Source of the DNA: Rhodosorus marinus CCMP1338
Taxonomy: Eukaryota > Plantae > Rhodophyta
DNA: 64,000 bases
Direction of reading: 5' to 3'
NCBI GenBank assembly: GCA_029953675.1
Contig: JAMWBK010000011.1
Span: 310,001 to 374,000 of the forward strand
The notes beneath the pieces were generated by a model that did not search any database, had not been told where the DNA came from, and worked only from the letters and a program-made list of their open reading frames with translations. Made by a program: the position numbers and the translations under genes. Below, piece after piece: positions 24,311 to 38,090 of the stretch; positions within the stretch are counted from its first letter, which is position 1, and each line of letters begins with the position of its first letter.

Positions 24311-27300
24311 TCCTCTTCTTGTGTTCCGCGAACTTCCGATCAATAGCGCGCAACAAGTTTCTCCATTTACCTCCCGCTGCACAAGTGAAGCTGATTGGCG
24401 ACCCTTGCGCTTTCTTCAGCACTGACGTACAGCGAAGAAGCTACAAGTCATTAGGATAAGGTACGAATATTTGCCGGAGGCCAGATGAGGATACAATGCG
24501 TGAGAAGGGAAACAAGTCGACGGCTGGAGAACAAGAACTCTCTCCTCAATCGCGAAGCTTGCAAAAGTCTGGGCGTTGAAAACATCAAGGACGAGGCTGA
24601 TGGTTGATGCTGTTAGTATTCCTATCAACCGCTAGCGGAGGCTTGAAAGCTTGAAAAAAATCTAGCCGTTTTGAGTTCGCACTGGGAATTCTGAGGCCTC
24701 ACCTGTTCGCTCGTACGGATTGAGGACCCAATGCGGACTTCAAAATATCACAAACTCTACACGTTGCTTACATTATAAGCATGCAACACGACGTCCACGC
24801 ATGTCTTATTATGTGTTTGGATTGTGTGAAGTGAATCCCTGTGGTATCTCCGTTTATCCCGAGATGCATGCCGACACGGGAAGCACATATATCGTTCGGA
24901 TTAAGGAGGCCTTGGGAAGGAATGCGCTTCTTCTATGTCGTGGAAGGATTATGCCTACAACCGTGAAAGGTTTGTCCCGAACATTGTGGAGAACTTGCTC
25001 AACACATTGCTTAAAGACGTGTGTGAGGTGTCCTTTCAGAAGGGCCTCGGTCCAACTAAGAAGACGCAAATGATGAACCTCCGCATCCGCTTAATCATTC
25101 ACAACACGGATTCTTCTCTTCCATCAAAAAAACGCCCTGTACGCACTCCAAAGTGTCGCGATCGAGAAGGAGGCAGTGAACAGGGTAGGTTCCACAGACA
25201 AACCACAGGCAAGCAGGACTAGTTGAAGCGGCAGGAAAGGACAAAACGGGTGCAAGAGTGGGCTTCAACTAAGCATGAACTCCTTAACCATTGCAAGACC
25301 GCTGCCATCAAGTCACGCGCCCTTATATGATAAGCATTACACCTGATTCAAAGCCATCGACTTAGCCAACCAGAAACGTCTGAACTGACTACGACAGCCA
25401 AAGGCGTCTGAAACAACTTGCCCAATCCTCCACCCCCACAATCCAGCCCAAAATATTTCTCAGCAATGACGACCCCGAACTGGGAGCACCTTGGTCGTCC
25501 CTCCTCAGTACTTGCGGACCCTGTTCACACCACCGCCAAAAAACTTCAAAATTCAAATCGGGAAAAAAACCCTAGTTTTCTGCCTATAAGAATAAGTCCA
25601 ATTGGAGTTTTCGAAGTCCGCGGTTTAAGGGGGCTGAGGAAAACCTGCCTTAACAACATGAATGTAATTTCAAATAAATTTCGGGAAATTGACAGATGGA
25701 GTTAACTTTCTTATTCTACCCCTAAATCAAAGAGATATGTCTTCACTACACAAATGGCCAAATGCCATTTTGGGGAGGGTCCCCAGTCCTGACCTTAATT
25801 TGAGAAGCATATTTCAATAAATATGCCGAAATACATCAATTTCGTTCGGTTTCGGTAAAAAATTCTAAGGCAAAGCTATCAAAACAGTGGAAAATTTCTT
25901 AAATGTAAATCTATATGGACTAAACAAATCAAAACTATTGGCTCCTTGTTGTTTTAGTCGATTTTTTACACCATGAACGTGTTAGGCGAAGGTTACGTAG
26001 AGACTATTGCCGGGGCCCAGAGTCACCAGATACCTTTCGCCATTAGCCCTTTAGTGTGTCAGCTAGTGTGGAACATTGGTCATGATGGATTTGGGCCCCG
26101 GTCCGGGATGTTGAAAAACAAAAAACGGTCCCAGAAGAAAAAATCTATAGTTAGGCGTTTTCCTGTCTGATATTGTCCTCTCTGGGGGGGAGGTCGAGGG
26201 CCAAAACACAATGTAGCCAATGTTCCTTGGGTCACGAAAAATTTTAAGAAATGAAAAGTTGGATAAGATGGCGTCTCTGGTCGCGACGTAGTGGCCTGCT
26301 GGGGAAGATATACCCTAGACATCTTGTTTTAATGAACAAAAGATATTGTGGGGAGAGACGGATTGTGCAGCTGCAAACCTGATCTGGCTCTTGTGGGGTG
26401 GGGATGGGATAAGGGACATCAAGAGCGGACTAGTTGCCCGAATCCAATCGTACAGACGTGTGCACCCCGGCTGAAGAGGTCCTTTTCCTCTTGACTTGCC
26501 GAGCTTGGGTATATTGATCGTAGTAGGTTGGAAACCTAGCCTTGTTTTTGTCTGGAATCTTGCAGAACGCAAACCTTCCCTCGTAGATGAAAGCCAGGGC
26601 GCACTCCGTGGATTCAGGTTAACTGTGAAAAGTGAGAAAATCATTTTGAAAATTGGCCTGCCGGAGTGGGAGTCGATACTGTGCACCTCGACCAGCCTTA
26701 TCAAGTGCAGCCTGGGGAATCGTAAATTCAATATTGTGCGTGGAGAAGACTGTCCTTGTTGAATTTTTTTTTTTCAACACAGAGTTCACAGTTGGTTGTG
26801 TTTTGTTTATCAAATAATCTATCTCTGCTAAGGCGCTGTAAGTATCTATCCAAACCTCTTTTTTCACTTGACTGTTTGCCACAGAGTAAGCTGGCTGATT
26901 TGGATGTAGATGGCTGGAGCTCGTTCTGATTGTGTCTATGGTTGGCTGATGCACATGATTTACATACTCGCCTCCACAATATTTGGTTCGCATGCGCCAC
27001 GAGCGGAACAAAAGGAGCCATGTTGTGAGGTGATGACAGCAATATCATGAGCTCATATTTATTCGCGGAAGACCTTAATCCCGCGAAAAAAAACTTGTGG
27101 AGGGTGTAGTGAGTGCCAGGATTCGTCCACGCAGTTTCAGGAGATTTCCTCAAAGTACAATGACGAGTTCCAACGATGGCACTTTGAGCGCAGAGTACAA
27201 GCCACATCAAGAAGCGGCAAAAATGTACGAAGGATTGTCCACTACACCCAATCCAAAAACGTTTTTGAGTAAATCCAGCCTGTTAAGGGTCCAAACCCGT

Positions 27301-27945
27301 CCCTCAGAAAAAACCTTCACTCACTTTTTTTCGCAGCCACCCCCATACGCCTTCAGCAAAACGAACAGTAAATCCGCCCACGTCCAGATAACGATATCTA
27401 AAAGTAAGGAAGCATTAAGTTGGTACTACGTATATCGCCTCCCCCCCGCTGCTCCTCTTTTTACCCGACGAGGTTAGCCGACAACCGCCCTCACTCGACT
27501 GCCGCTCAACAATCCCCCGTTGATAAAAAACAAATCTATCAAGTGAATATATCGACTAGTGTTTAAAAAAAGGATACAGAAAAGTTTTTATTTTTCGGAA
27601 ATATGACCTCTTCGGAATCGTTGAAAAAACGAAGAAATAGGTTGATTAATGTCTCGAATTATTGCACCCTATGGGATTGAAATGTCGATGAAATTGTTAG
27701 GACCTTGGATTTGTTGGAAAGTGGTATTGTTTTCGGGGGTTTTGCACGCGAGGGAGTTGGAATCGAAGGGCAGGGTTGTTGGCCTCGCTTGAATGGTTTG
27801 GTTGGTGGTTTGAACTCGGAAGCGTATATAAAGGATTCAGGGGTAGTATTGAAGCCCGCTGGCTGCGTCGATGATGCAGACCATTCGCTAGTGGGAAGAA
27901 GTGCTTCTTTTGGAGAAAGTGGTGAAGTTTTTCCGGCTTTGAAAG

Positions 27946-28753
27946 ATGAAGGCTGGTGCGTTTGGTGTATTTTTTCTGCTTGCGGGATGCCTTTATATGG
28001 TATCTGCCATGGAGGGAGAGACTACTCTGGCTGAGCGCAACAGACGTTTCGGGAGTGCAAGTGACTTCGTATTCAACTTGAAAGGAGTTTCAGCAGATTT
28101 TACTCGCGCGGGAGCCAGGATCCAGGGTGGAGATGTCTCCAAGTTTCCTGCGTTGGATAATCTTGGAGTATCCAATACGCTCTTCACTATTAAGCCTTGC
28201 GGAAGTAAGATTGTAGACGTTCATTTTCATTCTTTCTTCCTTGAGTTCCGAGCTGAACTGTTAGTGAAAATCTTCCTTACCGTAGTGAATCTTCCACATT
28301 ACCACCCGCGAGCAACTGAGTTGATATACGTTATCAAAGGGCAGGATCTCACCGTAGCATTCGCGGAAGGTAAGTTTTCCTGGACATGCATGTTTGCTGG
28401 CACGGAACTGACCACGCTTATTTTCGCAAACTATAGAGAACTCTGGACGGAGTGCGGTTGTCAACGTAGTGGGTGAGGGAGACAATGCCGTATTCCCTCA
28501 GGGACTTCTACACTACCAAATCAACCTCAACTGCGAGCACGAGGTGCAGTTCCTCTCATCCCTGAGCAGCCATGACCCTGGCGTTGTGACAGTTCCAGAC
28601 CGCATGTTCGGTTTCGACGACACGGCCCTGGCTGTCGTCTTCAACAACCCGAGAATGAAAAGGTTTAGGAGACAGCGCTTGACCAATCTTAGATCTCTAT
28701 CACATCAGTGCATCGCGGATTGTAGGCGAAAGGGATATTCCATCGCTGCTTAA
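27946..28753 (+). CDS. Secreted spherulin-1/germin-like cupin A, 3 exons (introns 28205-28285, 28370-28436)
   Basis: Signal peptide; spliced germin box 1 PCGMNLPHYHPRATE; box 2 VFPQGLLHYQIN; SHDPG. Confidence 0.92.
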
Positions 28754-29204
28754 AGCAGCTTGAGTATTCAGATAGAATTGTGTTTCTAAACAAAAAAATG
28801 TTTGTATACGAAAGGATAACCAACTCGGAAGCGGAGAGTTGAATAGGGAGTCTGTGATGAAGACATCAAGCTCGACTCACGATGTCGAAAACGAGCGCCT
28901 TATAATGGCTAAACGGTCAACCACGTATTCAGGTGTCCAAAAATGCTGCTCAATATCTTCTTCGACTAGCATTCACCAATTCCCTGTAACGGCAAAGCCT
29001 CAGAGATTATGCTACTCGAACGCACAAACCTTTGAGCGTGCACTCTACAGCCGTCTACTGCTCATCGTTGGCCAGACAATGGAAGCTGCTCCCCGACGAC
29101 TGTGAACAACGTTCTTTACTCCCACGAACCAACCAACGTCCGAAGTCATGGATTTTTATTCCCATAGAACTATCCTTTACGTAAGAAAGTGTATGCGCAG
29201 CTCC

Positions 29205-30850
29205 TACTCTGTTTCTACCCACCCAACCAAGTCTTCCAACTCCTCTCAACGCTCACTCCTCAAGGCCCCACCTCTCCTACCTCAAGATATCAGCAAAAAA
29301 CGAACACATCTCCCTTAACATCTATGAAACTGGAATTATCGAACAAAAAAGCGGGTGTCTACAGATGTATCTAAAGATATGTACACAGCAAGCAATGTAA
29401 ATATCTAAACCGCGAGAGCGAGTTGGGGAAACGTAGAAACTAGTTTCGACGGGTTGAGGAAAGCTCTTTGAGATTGTGCACAGAAATTCCGTTCGTGCAT
29501 GGCAACTAGTTGGCAACTGTCAGTGCACTCAGCATCCGCGGCATCGACCGCTGGCTGTTCCCTGCAGCTTGAAGTCTCCGCGGACGTACTGGAAAAGTTT
29601 TTTTCTTTGAGCTGCGGTGATGCGGTAGGGAGCTGTAGAATCTGTATGGGGTGGGGTGTGATCTCGAGGAGACTCGACGTATTGGGGCGTTTTTCGTCTC
29701 TTAGTCTTGCCTTGCACGGAGGGTCGATTCGAGCTTTGTATCCCCAGGGTCCGAAATCTATGGCTGCCAGTTGCAGGGCGTGGTGATAGTGATTCCTCTG
29801 CCCCGGTGAAAAGGTGACAAGGGCATTCGCTCGAACAGCCGGTTTGCATTTTGGAACGAGGCACGTCGGTGTTTGCGAAGACTTCCGATCCCGGAGGCTC
29901 TAGCTCCGTTGAGCTTGCTCGAAAGGAAATCGGTAGTAGATCTTGCACCCGGTCCTTCCGGCTCGTCGAAAGTCACAACATGGCGCGGCTTTCGGCACAA
30001 GGTTTCCACCGAATAAGAAACAAATCGCTCTAAACATCATGCCTAGTGCACAAGGAGCGGTGTGATAAATCCTGCAATAAGGAATTAAATGGATCTTGGA
30101 CCAATCCCTCTCAGGGGATTTTGAGTCTCACACACGAATTCGCCTTGCAACTTTTCAACTCGAGCGTGGAGCATCAAGGAAGAACACGCTCACCCTAAAA
30201 CGTGCTACCCCATGGTTGCTCGAAGGTCCACTCAACAAAAAGCCAACAAGATGGTCGAGATGATGAAAGTAAAATTTTGAAACCGACGTAACTAACATCC
30301 GATTCACAATGGACACGCTTTCAACCCAACGAAAACAAACCAAAAACAAATCTTCAAACACGAAAGATATCAAAGCCTGATTCACTTCCAGGATTACATA
30401 CCTACCGTTACCACTAACACAACCCTCACACAGACCCAAAAGTTCATGCCGACCACTCAGACAGCCACTTCCCACGGTACCATGGCGATCTGTGGATACT
30501 CAAAAGCAGCATGCTCGCCGAGGCGTACCACCGCTGCCTGGGCTTGCAAGCCGTTGGACCCTACCTCCTAGTTATCGTTGCGCCTTTCGTAGCGCTTTTA
30601 GGGCTATGTTAGTAACCACCACATACCATAGCGGTCACCCCGCGCACCAATCTCCCCGACTCTCACAAACCCCCAAAACGAACAAAACAAATTGCCAGCA
30701 GCGAAAACAAACCAAAAAAGCCGACCCGCCCATTTCATCCTTTTTCAATTATAAAACCACCACATCGTGCCTAAGTCAACACATCTGCTTAATATCCAAA
30801 AGAGCAAAAATAAAATAATAATTTCCGACTTTATCGAGAGCTGTAAAATT
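29205..30850. repeat. Segmental duplication, copy 1 (partner about 32295-33920)
   Basis: Collinear shared anchors: GTCTTCCAACTCCTCTCAAC, GTTTCGACGGGTTGAGGA (29443/32540), TTTGAGTCTCAC (30120/33285) and CCTCACACAGACCCAAAAG (30424/33604). Offset is 3.09-3.18 kb. Confidence 0.88.
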
Positions 30851-32192
30851 TGGTTTGTTAGTATGTCAACCTAACCCCTACTTTTTACGACTAACTTGCA
30901 CGTAAATATTTCTATTATGTAATATAGAACACTAATTTTCCGTTTCAATACCCCCCTAATTTCAAACCATAAATCATGTTATCCTTTTCGTTAATAAAAA
31001 CCGCCACATCGCCATCTCTCAACAGAAAAAATAAATATATATATAAATAATTCCCAACACTTTCAGAACTGACTCTACTAAGAGAATGCTCTTACCCCTA
31101 TTTTAAATATCTACATCCTTCTGAATATTTCTTGTTTTCATTATTCAACACTATTTTTGCAAGGTAACGCATCCCCCTATAGATTACAATCGAAAATAAT
31201 ATAGTTTTCTATATAAAATATCAATGAAGGAATCTGAGTAAACGCAGCTTCATTCATTTTTTAATGCTAAATTGGATTTTGATTTAGTTGGAAACCAGAA
31301 AACGAAGAAGGGATCATAATTTATTTTCGTCGTACAATATTTAACGATACAACTGTCGATCGCAGCTGTTTTGAAAGCTTTTGGAACCCAGACCAAAAAA
31401 AAGATTAAGATTATTTTCGTTATACAATATATAGACTAGGCAAAGTCTAGGAATGGAGGCAACTCTGAAAGTAGCTCCCTCAGCAGCATCTAAGGTTTGG
31501 TTGGGGAGTTCATTTCCCTACGCTCTGTCGAATATGAAAACTTCCCAGAACCGGAAGGTGGAATTCCCCGCCTACTCCCCAACCCCCCTCCACTCAAACC
31601 GAGTTCCCTACCCTGTGAATTGATTCCCAGGACCATCCAATGCGCTGCAAACATTTGGCCGGATGAGTTCTTGCGCAGAATCGATACTAGCACTGGAGGA
31701 TAATGCCAACTTCCACATGCTAGTCGAAGTCCACAAACGGGAACAGCTCCCAATGTAGCTCTCCTAGCCGTCATATCCACGAGGAGATCAAGAAACTTTT
31801 GGCTCGGGAGAAAACAAGAAGAATTCTCTTCAACTAGAATTAGTAAGCAAAAGAACCACATTGTTGGATTTTTTTGAAAGAGACACTGGGAGCGTCGCCT
31901 TGATTCGAACGTTGCTGCCTGGTCGCATGGCGGATTCGCCCTACATATTGGTTTCCAGGATTTTGGCTCCGTGGGCGAAACGTGTACGGCCACAATAGAG
32001 TAGCCATGTTATCAGAGGACGACCGTATCTCAAGAGCTTATATGGAAGCCCTAATCTCTCGGAAATCCTCTGGAGAGGGTTGGTGGGGCTGGATTTCTCC
32101 ACGGAGCTTCACCAGTCTCCTGGTTGAAGTTTCAGCAACCTCACTTTGTACCATTAACACTTGTTTCCTTTTTTACGCTATTTACACTTTTT

Positions 32193-32276
32193 ACGGTCTT
32201 CCCGCGGGGACTGTATCAGTGGCAGATCATCACCAGCTGCCACCCGATCCAATTTATCTCTGCGTTGAGCCATGCT
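32193..32276 (+). pseudogene. Fragment of germin-like cupin exon 3
   Basis: TVFPRGLYQWQIITSCHPIQFISALSHA aligns codon for codon with cupin C exon 3 (TVFPEGLPHWQINTSCYPVQFISALSHA). No intact upstream exons are visible. Confidence 0.85.
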
Positions 32277-32294
32277 AGAAAGTGTATGAGCACC

Positions 32295-33920
32295 TAATCT
32301 GGATTCTACCTGCCAACCAGGTCTTCCAACTCCTCTCAACTTTCACTCCGCGGCTGCCCCACTCAACTTGCTCTCCGGCTAGATATTTACTTGGCTTTTT
32401 CGGTTAGATATCTTTAGATACATATATACATGGGGATTGTTTTGTTCAATAATTTGAATTTTTCAGATATGTTGGGGAATATCTGAGATTTTTTGCCTGA
32501 GATCTTGGACTTGGAGGGGTTGGAGAAACGTAGAAATTAGTTTCGACGGGTTGAGGAAAAAGTTGGTGAGATCGTGCACAAAAATTCTGCTCGTGCAACC
32601 AGCTGGCCGCTGTCAGACAACGCAGTGTACGCCGCATCGACCGCTGGGTAATCCCTCCTCGAGACCACTGAAGACCTAGCGGAAGGAGGCTTTTTTTGAG
32701 CTGCGGTGATGCGGGTAGGGAGTTGTGGAATCCGATGAGGAGGGGTTTGTTATTCCGGTGAGGTGGTGTGTAGGCATTCTGAGGCTTGTATTGGGGTTCT
32801 TATTGGCTAGTTTCGTCCTTCGAGAGAGGAGGAACAATTTGGGATTCGTATCTCCTCGGCTTCGAACAGCATTGCTTCTAGTTGGTAGGCGTGGTGACAT
32901 TGCTTCCCCGGTCCCGGTGAAACACGGTGATAAGGGTATTCGCTGGAACAGGCGCACGCCGGTTCGCGTTTTGGGACGCGCCACGTGCTTTCTTGCAAGG
33001 AATCCCGATTCGGCAGGCTCTAGCTCCTTTGAACTTGTACTTATGGAATTAGCTATGATGATCGTACACAAATTCCTTCCTGCTTGTGGAACGTCAAATG
33101 ATGACCCGGCGTTTGGTGTATGGAATCCACCAATCAAGAAAAACTCCGTCAAAGCACTATGCACAAGGAGCTGTTTCATCGACAAGCAACCGCTGAACAC
33201 CACCATCGGTACCCAAAGAGCACGAACTGTCCCGCAATGAGGAAACAAATGAAACGTCCCCCGGCCAAATCGCTCACCGGGTAGTTTGAGTCTCACGCGC
33301 GAATTCACCTTCAACTTTTAAACTCGAGCGTGGAGCACAAAGACGTTCACCCTAAAAACGTGCTACCCCATCGTTGCTCAAGGACCCACTCAAGGAAGCA
33401 AAAAGTCAACAACATCGTCCAGATGACGAAAACAAAAAAAAAGAATTTTGCCGGCGACGCTGATCCAAGATCCGATTCACATCCGACACGCATCAAACCC
33501 CAAGCCGAAAAACCGAAACCAAAAAGGCACTCCTCGAACACGAAAGACATCAAACCTACTTTCCACTTTCGAGGTTTCGGTACCTACCGTTACTAACAAA
33601 AACCCTCACACAGACCCAAAAGCTCATGCCGGACTTAGCCGCCCGCCACAGTCCTCACTCACATCGCGACGAATCTCCCCGCAAACGCCCACAGACCAAA
33701 CGAAACCCCACCAAAAACAAATTTTAGCCAAACGCCCAAAACGTACTTTATCAATGCCAACCCTCCCGAAAAGGGTCAATCCACTCGCATTTTATCCTTT
33801 TTATTTTATAAAGAAACCTCGTATCTGCCTAATTCACTATATATCGATAAATATCTAATGAGCAAAAACAAATCAATAATCCACATTTTTTTGAGCGAAG
33901 TTGTAATGTACCCCCTCTAT
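32295..33920. repeat. Segmental duplication, copy 2 (partner about 29205-30850)
   Basis: Same collinear anchors as copy 1. Confidence 0.88.
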
Positions 33921-36571
33921 TTTAACATTAAAATGCCTGTAAATATTAAGTTTGTCAATATACCAACCATTTTTCCGTTTCGCATATCACCCCCTCTATG
34001 GAATGAATGTCAAATTGTAAAGCTACAGTTTTTTCAAACAAACAAAATTTAAATACCAGTTTTTTAATGGCAAATTGGGGTTTGAAGGCTTTTGTAATCA
34101 CGACAATGAAAAAAGTGCATAATTATTTTCGTTAGACAATATTTCTGCGTCGTTTACTTTTCAGGCTGGAAAAACAAGCAGAATTCTAATCAATAATATT
34201 GGTAAGCCAAAAAACGAACTATTGTATTTTGGAATAAATAGTGAATATTCTAGTTGCTTCGTAGGTCATGACAGGTGACGACTTATCCTTTTTCTTATCT
34301 GGAAGCACCATGTTTCTATGGACTTAGCATAGTCCCATGTTACCATGCCGAGAGTAATATGAAACAGGAAACCCGGGCCAGAGTTGGTTTATGATTTTGA
34401 TATGGTTTGTTTTTCTGGCGTGACTTCGTCGTTTTCGTTTTTATTTTATTTTTGAAATGTTTGAAAGGGTTTGTCGTTTAGGGAGTTTTTAGATATGTTC
34501 TGGGACAGATTGGGAATGTTGCTGTGAAGGGGGAAGAAGACGAACCGGGTATGAAGTGCTGTTTGAATTCACGGGTCCCCAACAGTGCACTTCGGATAGT
34601 GCTCTTGGATCGACGAGGTTGAACGTGAGCTGGTCTTTTGCGATCACGTCCGCGATGTGGTATGACTCTTGAGATCTGGGTTTTTGACTGGGATGGGCCG
34701 AGCTACGTACCCTCGGCCGAGTCTGTTTGTTGTAAAATTTGAACGGCGGAAGTGGAGGTGTGGAAAACGCTTCTACTCGTTGAAGCATGGGTGCGGTTCT
34801 GCTGTGGGTTCCCACCGAGAATTCAGGCTAGTTCCGTTTAGTCACGAGTAGCTGAGAGTTGGGTTCTTCGGCACGACCTGTCCGCATCGGCTACACGTCG
34901 GATTTTTGATCTAGTAGCAGAGTTTGCTTGTCCTTCTTCATTTGGCTCTAATTGGGTTCGCTAGAGTTTTGCTGTCTTTTTGTTGTCGAGAGTGCCCTTG
35001 CATGGATATCATAGAAGTAAGCAAGTCTACGGACTCCATGTCCGTAAGGCCAGTTGCGCACACCCTCCGATATCTGTTCGAATTCGCACTAAAATCCGGT
35101 TGTTTATATGAAAAAATGGACCCTGTAGTTAAATTTGATTATGAAGCACAAGCGCTAGGGCCCTGTGACTCTGTCTCCTTCCATGTTAATCCTTGTTTCA
35201 CGTCACAACGTAGCAGTGAACATTGTCTCTGGTCGTCAAGCGACGCTCTACCTACCTTGCCGATTGCAGCATCACTGATAGGCATATAGACGCTTTGTGT
35301 AATCAGCCGCTTGCTACCAAACCGCTACAGTGTTTCAGTCCCACCCTAGGCACGAACAACAAACAAACCCTACTGCGTAGCGTGCGCTCAGTGCACGATA
35401 CTTCCTACAAGGTGAGGGACTGTCGCGGCATATCTCTCTATCAGCGTAGAGGCATTTACCCCTCACTGTGAGTCCAACGAAAACCGCCAACCTCCGCCCC
35501 AATCTGATAAAACTCTCCAAAAACCCCCCGCTGGTAAAGAGTTCTTCAATCCTAGCGAAAAAGAAGAACCAAAACAAAAGCAAATGAGAGCCCTACCGAA
35601 CGGGTAAAAAGGAAAACGGCATCCCACGTAGCCACACATCTCCCCACTACATAAAAATCGATACTTAAAAAACCTGTTGTATCGACCCCCCCTCCAACAG
35701 CTCGCCCCCTTTGCGACCACGTTCACCAAAACACAATACCCAAATCAACTCCATACTATCTAAATCTATAACGCTCACCCCCGCCATTCTGTACCTTAAA
35801 AAACATCCAAAAAACACACGAAAACTTCCATTCCCATTCGACAATCTACGAAATCTGTTAGAACTGCAAGTTCCCTTAATAGGTTTTAAAAATATAATTA
35901 TCGATGTTCGAAAGAAGAGGTGAAATAATTTCATATTTTAAATGAATAGTGTCACTATCCCCAATCTATTTGTATTTGCAGGTAATTTTTAGTACGTTGA
36001 GCGAACAGCATTTTTTTTTGATTTTGTCCCTTTTTTTGGCCCGAAAATTACTGGCCTTTTCGACGGAAAGAGTGGTCTTACGTTTTTCTTCGAATTTTTT
36101 TTCGGGCCAAGCAGGTTTTTTTAGACCTTGCCTCTGGTTGATGGAGTATAGTGTAACAGTGGCCTTGGTTTCACCTTTTTTTTTGGCCCCTGAAATGGAT
36201 TTGGTGATAGCAAACGCTCTCCTGATGGACTTTTTTTTCTTGTGCGCTTTTTGGATTTTTTTCCTTTAAGCGAGTAGTAACATTGGAAACCATACTGATG
36301 AGATTTTTGGCCCGCAGTGATGAGAACTGGTTTTTATAAGAGGGAAAGGAGGAAATTCGTAAAAATGCTCAAAATCCGGATCGTTTTATAGGTTTTTGTG
36401 AGGTGACGTCTTGTGAGCAGAAAGGGTTTATAAACGACCGACCAACAGGTTTAGGTTGGACATGGAGCTAGAGATGGATAGATAGTGAGGTGCAGCGAAG
36501 ATCCGACATAGTACTTACGCCTTTTTCAGGGGTGCTGAATACCGATCGCGTAGATTTCTGAGTGCGAAGCA

Positions 36572-37390
36572 ATGAAGACTGGAACGTTCTCGTTTTGTCT
36601 AGTTTTGGCAGTCTCTGCCTTGGCGGTCTCTGCAGGGTTTGACCCGTCCAAGGAAGTGAGGGACATACGCGCTGAACTTTTCCCACATGCGAAGGACTTC
36701 AAATTTAATCTGGCAGACGCTCCGGCGTCGAACAACGGAGTGGGAGCGAAGATTCAGGGCGGTTCGCAAGGCAGGTTTCCCGCTTTGAACGGGCTTGGGG
36801 TGTCCTACACACTCTTCACAATTGACCCCTGTGGAAGTACGTAGCATATCCCGATCAGAGATATATGGGTCAAGACCACTTGCTGACGTATCTGACATTT
36901 GAAACTCTCTTAACGTGTATAGTGAACCTGCCTCACGTTCATCCGAGGGCGACGGAGCTCATCTATATAATCAAGGGATATGGTCTGACCGTTGGATTCA
37001 GCGAAGGTACGTTATCACGGAACCCATTCTTTGCCTTCACGAGTACACCTCTAACCATGGAACACATGAACTTTGCTCCTCTCAATAGAAAACGGCGGCC
37101 GTGTGCTCGTGAACCGCAAGCTGAAGAAGGGCTGGACTACGGTCTTCCCGGAGGGACTGCCTCACTGGCAGATCAACACCAGCTGCTACCCGGTCCAGTT
37201 TATCTCTGCGCTGAGCCATGCGAGTCCCGGAGTTGTCACTGTGCCAGACAGGTTTTTGGGCACCAGCATCCCGGACTACGTCCTGTCGGTCGTTTTCAAC
37301 GTACCCAAAGAAGATGTTCAGGATATCCGGGACAGGTTGTCATCTAGAGATCTCGAGGCCGAGTGCAAGAGGAGGTGTGGAATCCAGTGA
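36572..37390 (+). CDS. Secreted spherulin-1/germin-like cupin C, 3 exons (introns 36837-36922, 37007-37088)
   Basis: Signal peptide; spliced PCGMNLPHVHPRATE; VFPEGLPHWQIN. Intron positions match cupin A. Confidence 0.92.
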
Positions 37391-38090
37391 ATAGAAAAGG
37401 ACTATACTCATCCTTAGTTGTTTTACATAAATGAAGAGCTGAAGCTGTTATATCTGGAAATTGGTCACTGAGCACTACTATAGCCTCTATCCCGGAAAAT
37501 TCTGTTCTCACCACATTGGCAACACCCGCCCACTGAAACAACTGAATTTCGTCCTAACTCGGAAGGGACGAAGTTTCTCGGCTTCTGATCCCGCATCAAA
37601 GTTATCCTGACCCGAACAAGCCTCAAGAAAACGTCATCCTCACAGGCCAATTTTCACACAAACTGTTTGCTCTTTTCAGCCAGGAGGACGAAAACAGTGG
37701 ACGCCCTCTAGACTTCAGAGTTTCCATTCCGGACAAAAAAATACCAATCTTTCACTGTACGTAGTGTCCCGTGCTCTCAATAATGTCCCGGAGTGACTGT
37801 GCCGTGGACCATGCTCACCTACAGGACTGATTGAGCGTTCAGCCCTGGGAAGAACCCGTTTCACAACCAGCTGCCGTTTCAGCTTGTACAACAGAAAGAC
37901 GAAGGTCTTCTTATCCCACAGCTTAAGAACGCCGCGTTTTCGAAATAAAAAAACCACGTGAAACGCTGATCTAAACATTCAAAACAACAAAGCTTCACGA
38001 CCGCTGTACGTTCCGACTTTCAGTTCCACAACGAATCAGAAAAACCTTGCGAATCCACGGACTTCCATTGAGGTATACTTCCTCCTCCGT

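Noticed and set aside
24935-25222. FVPNIVENLLNTLLKDV resembling a MULE transposase (TNNxAESxNxxLK) segment
   Set aside because: A single short, imperfect motif with no supporting DDE or SWIM motifs.
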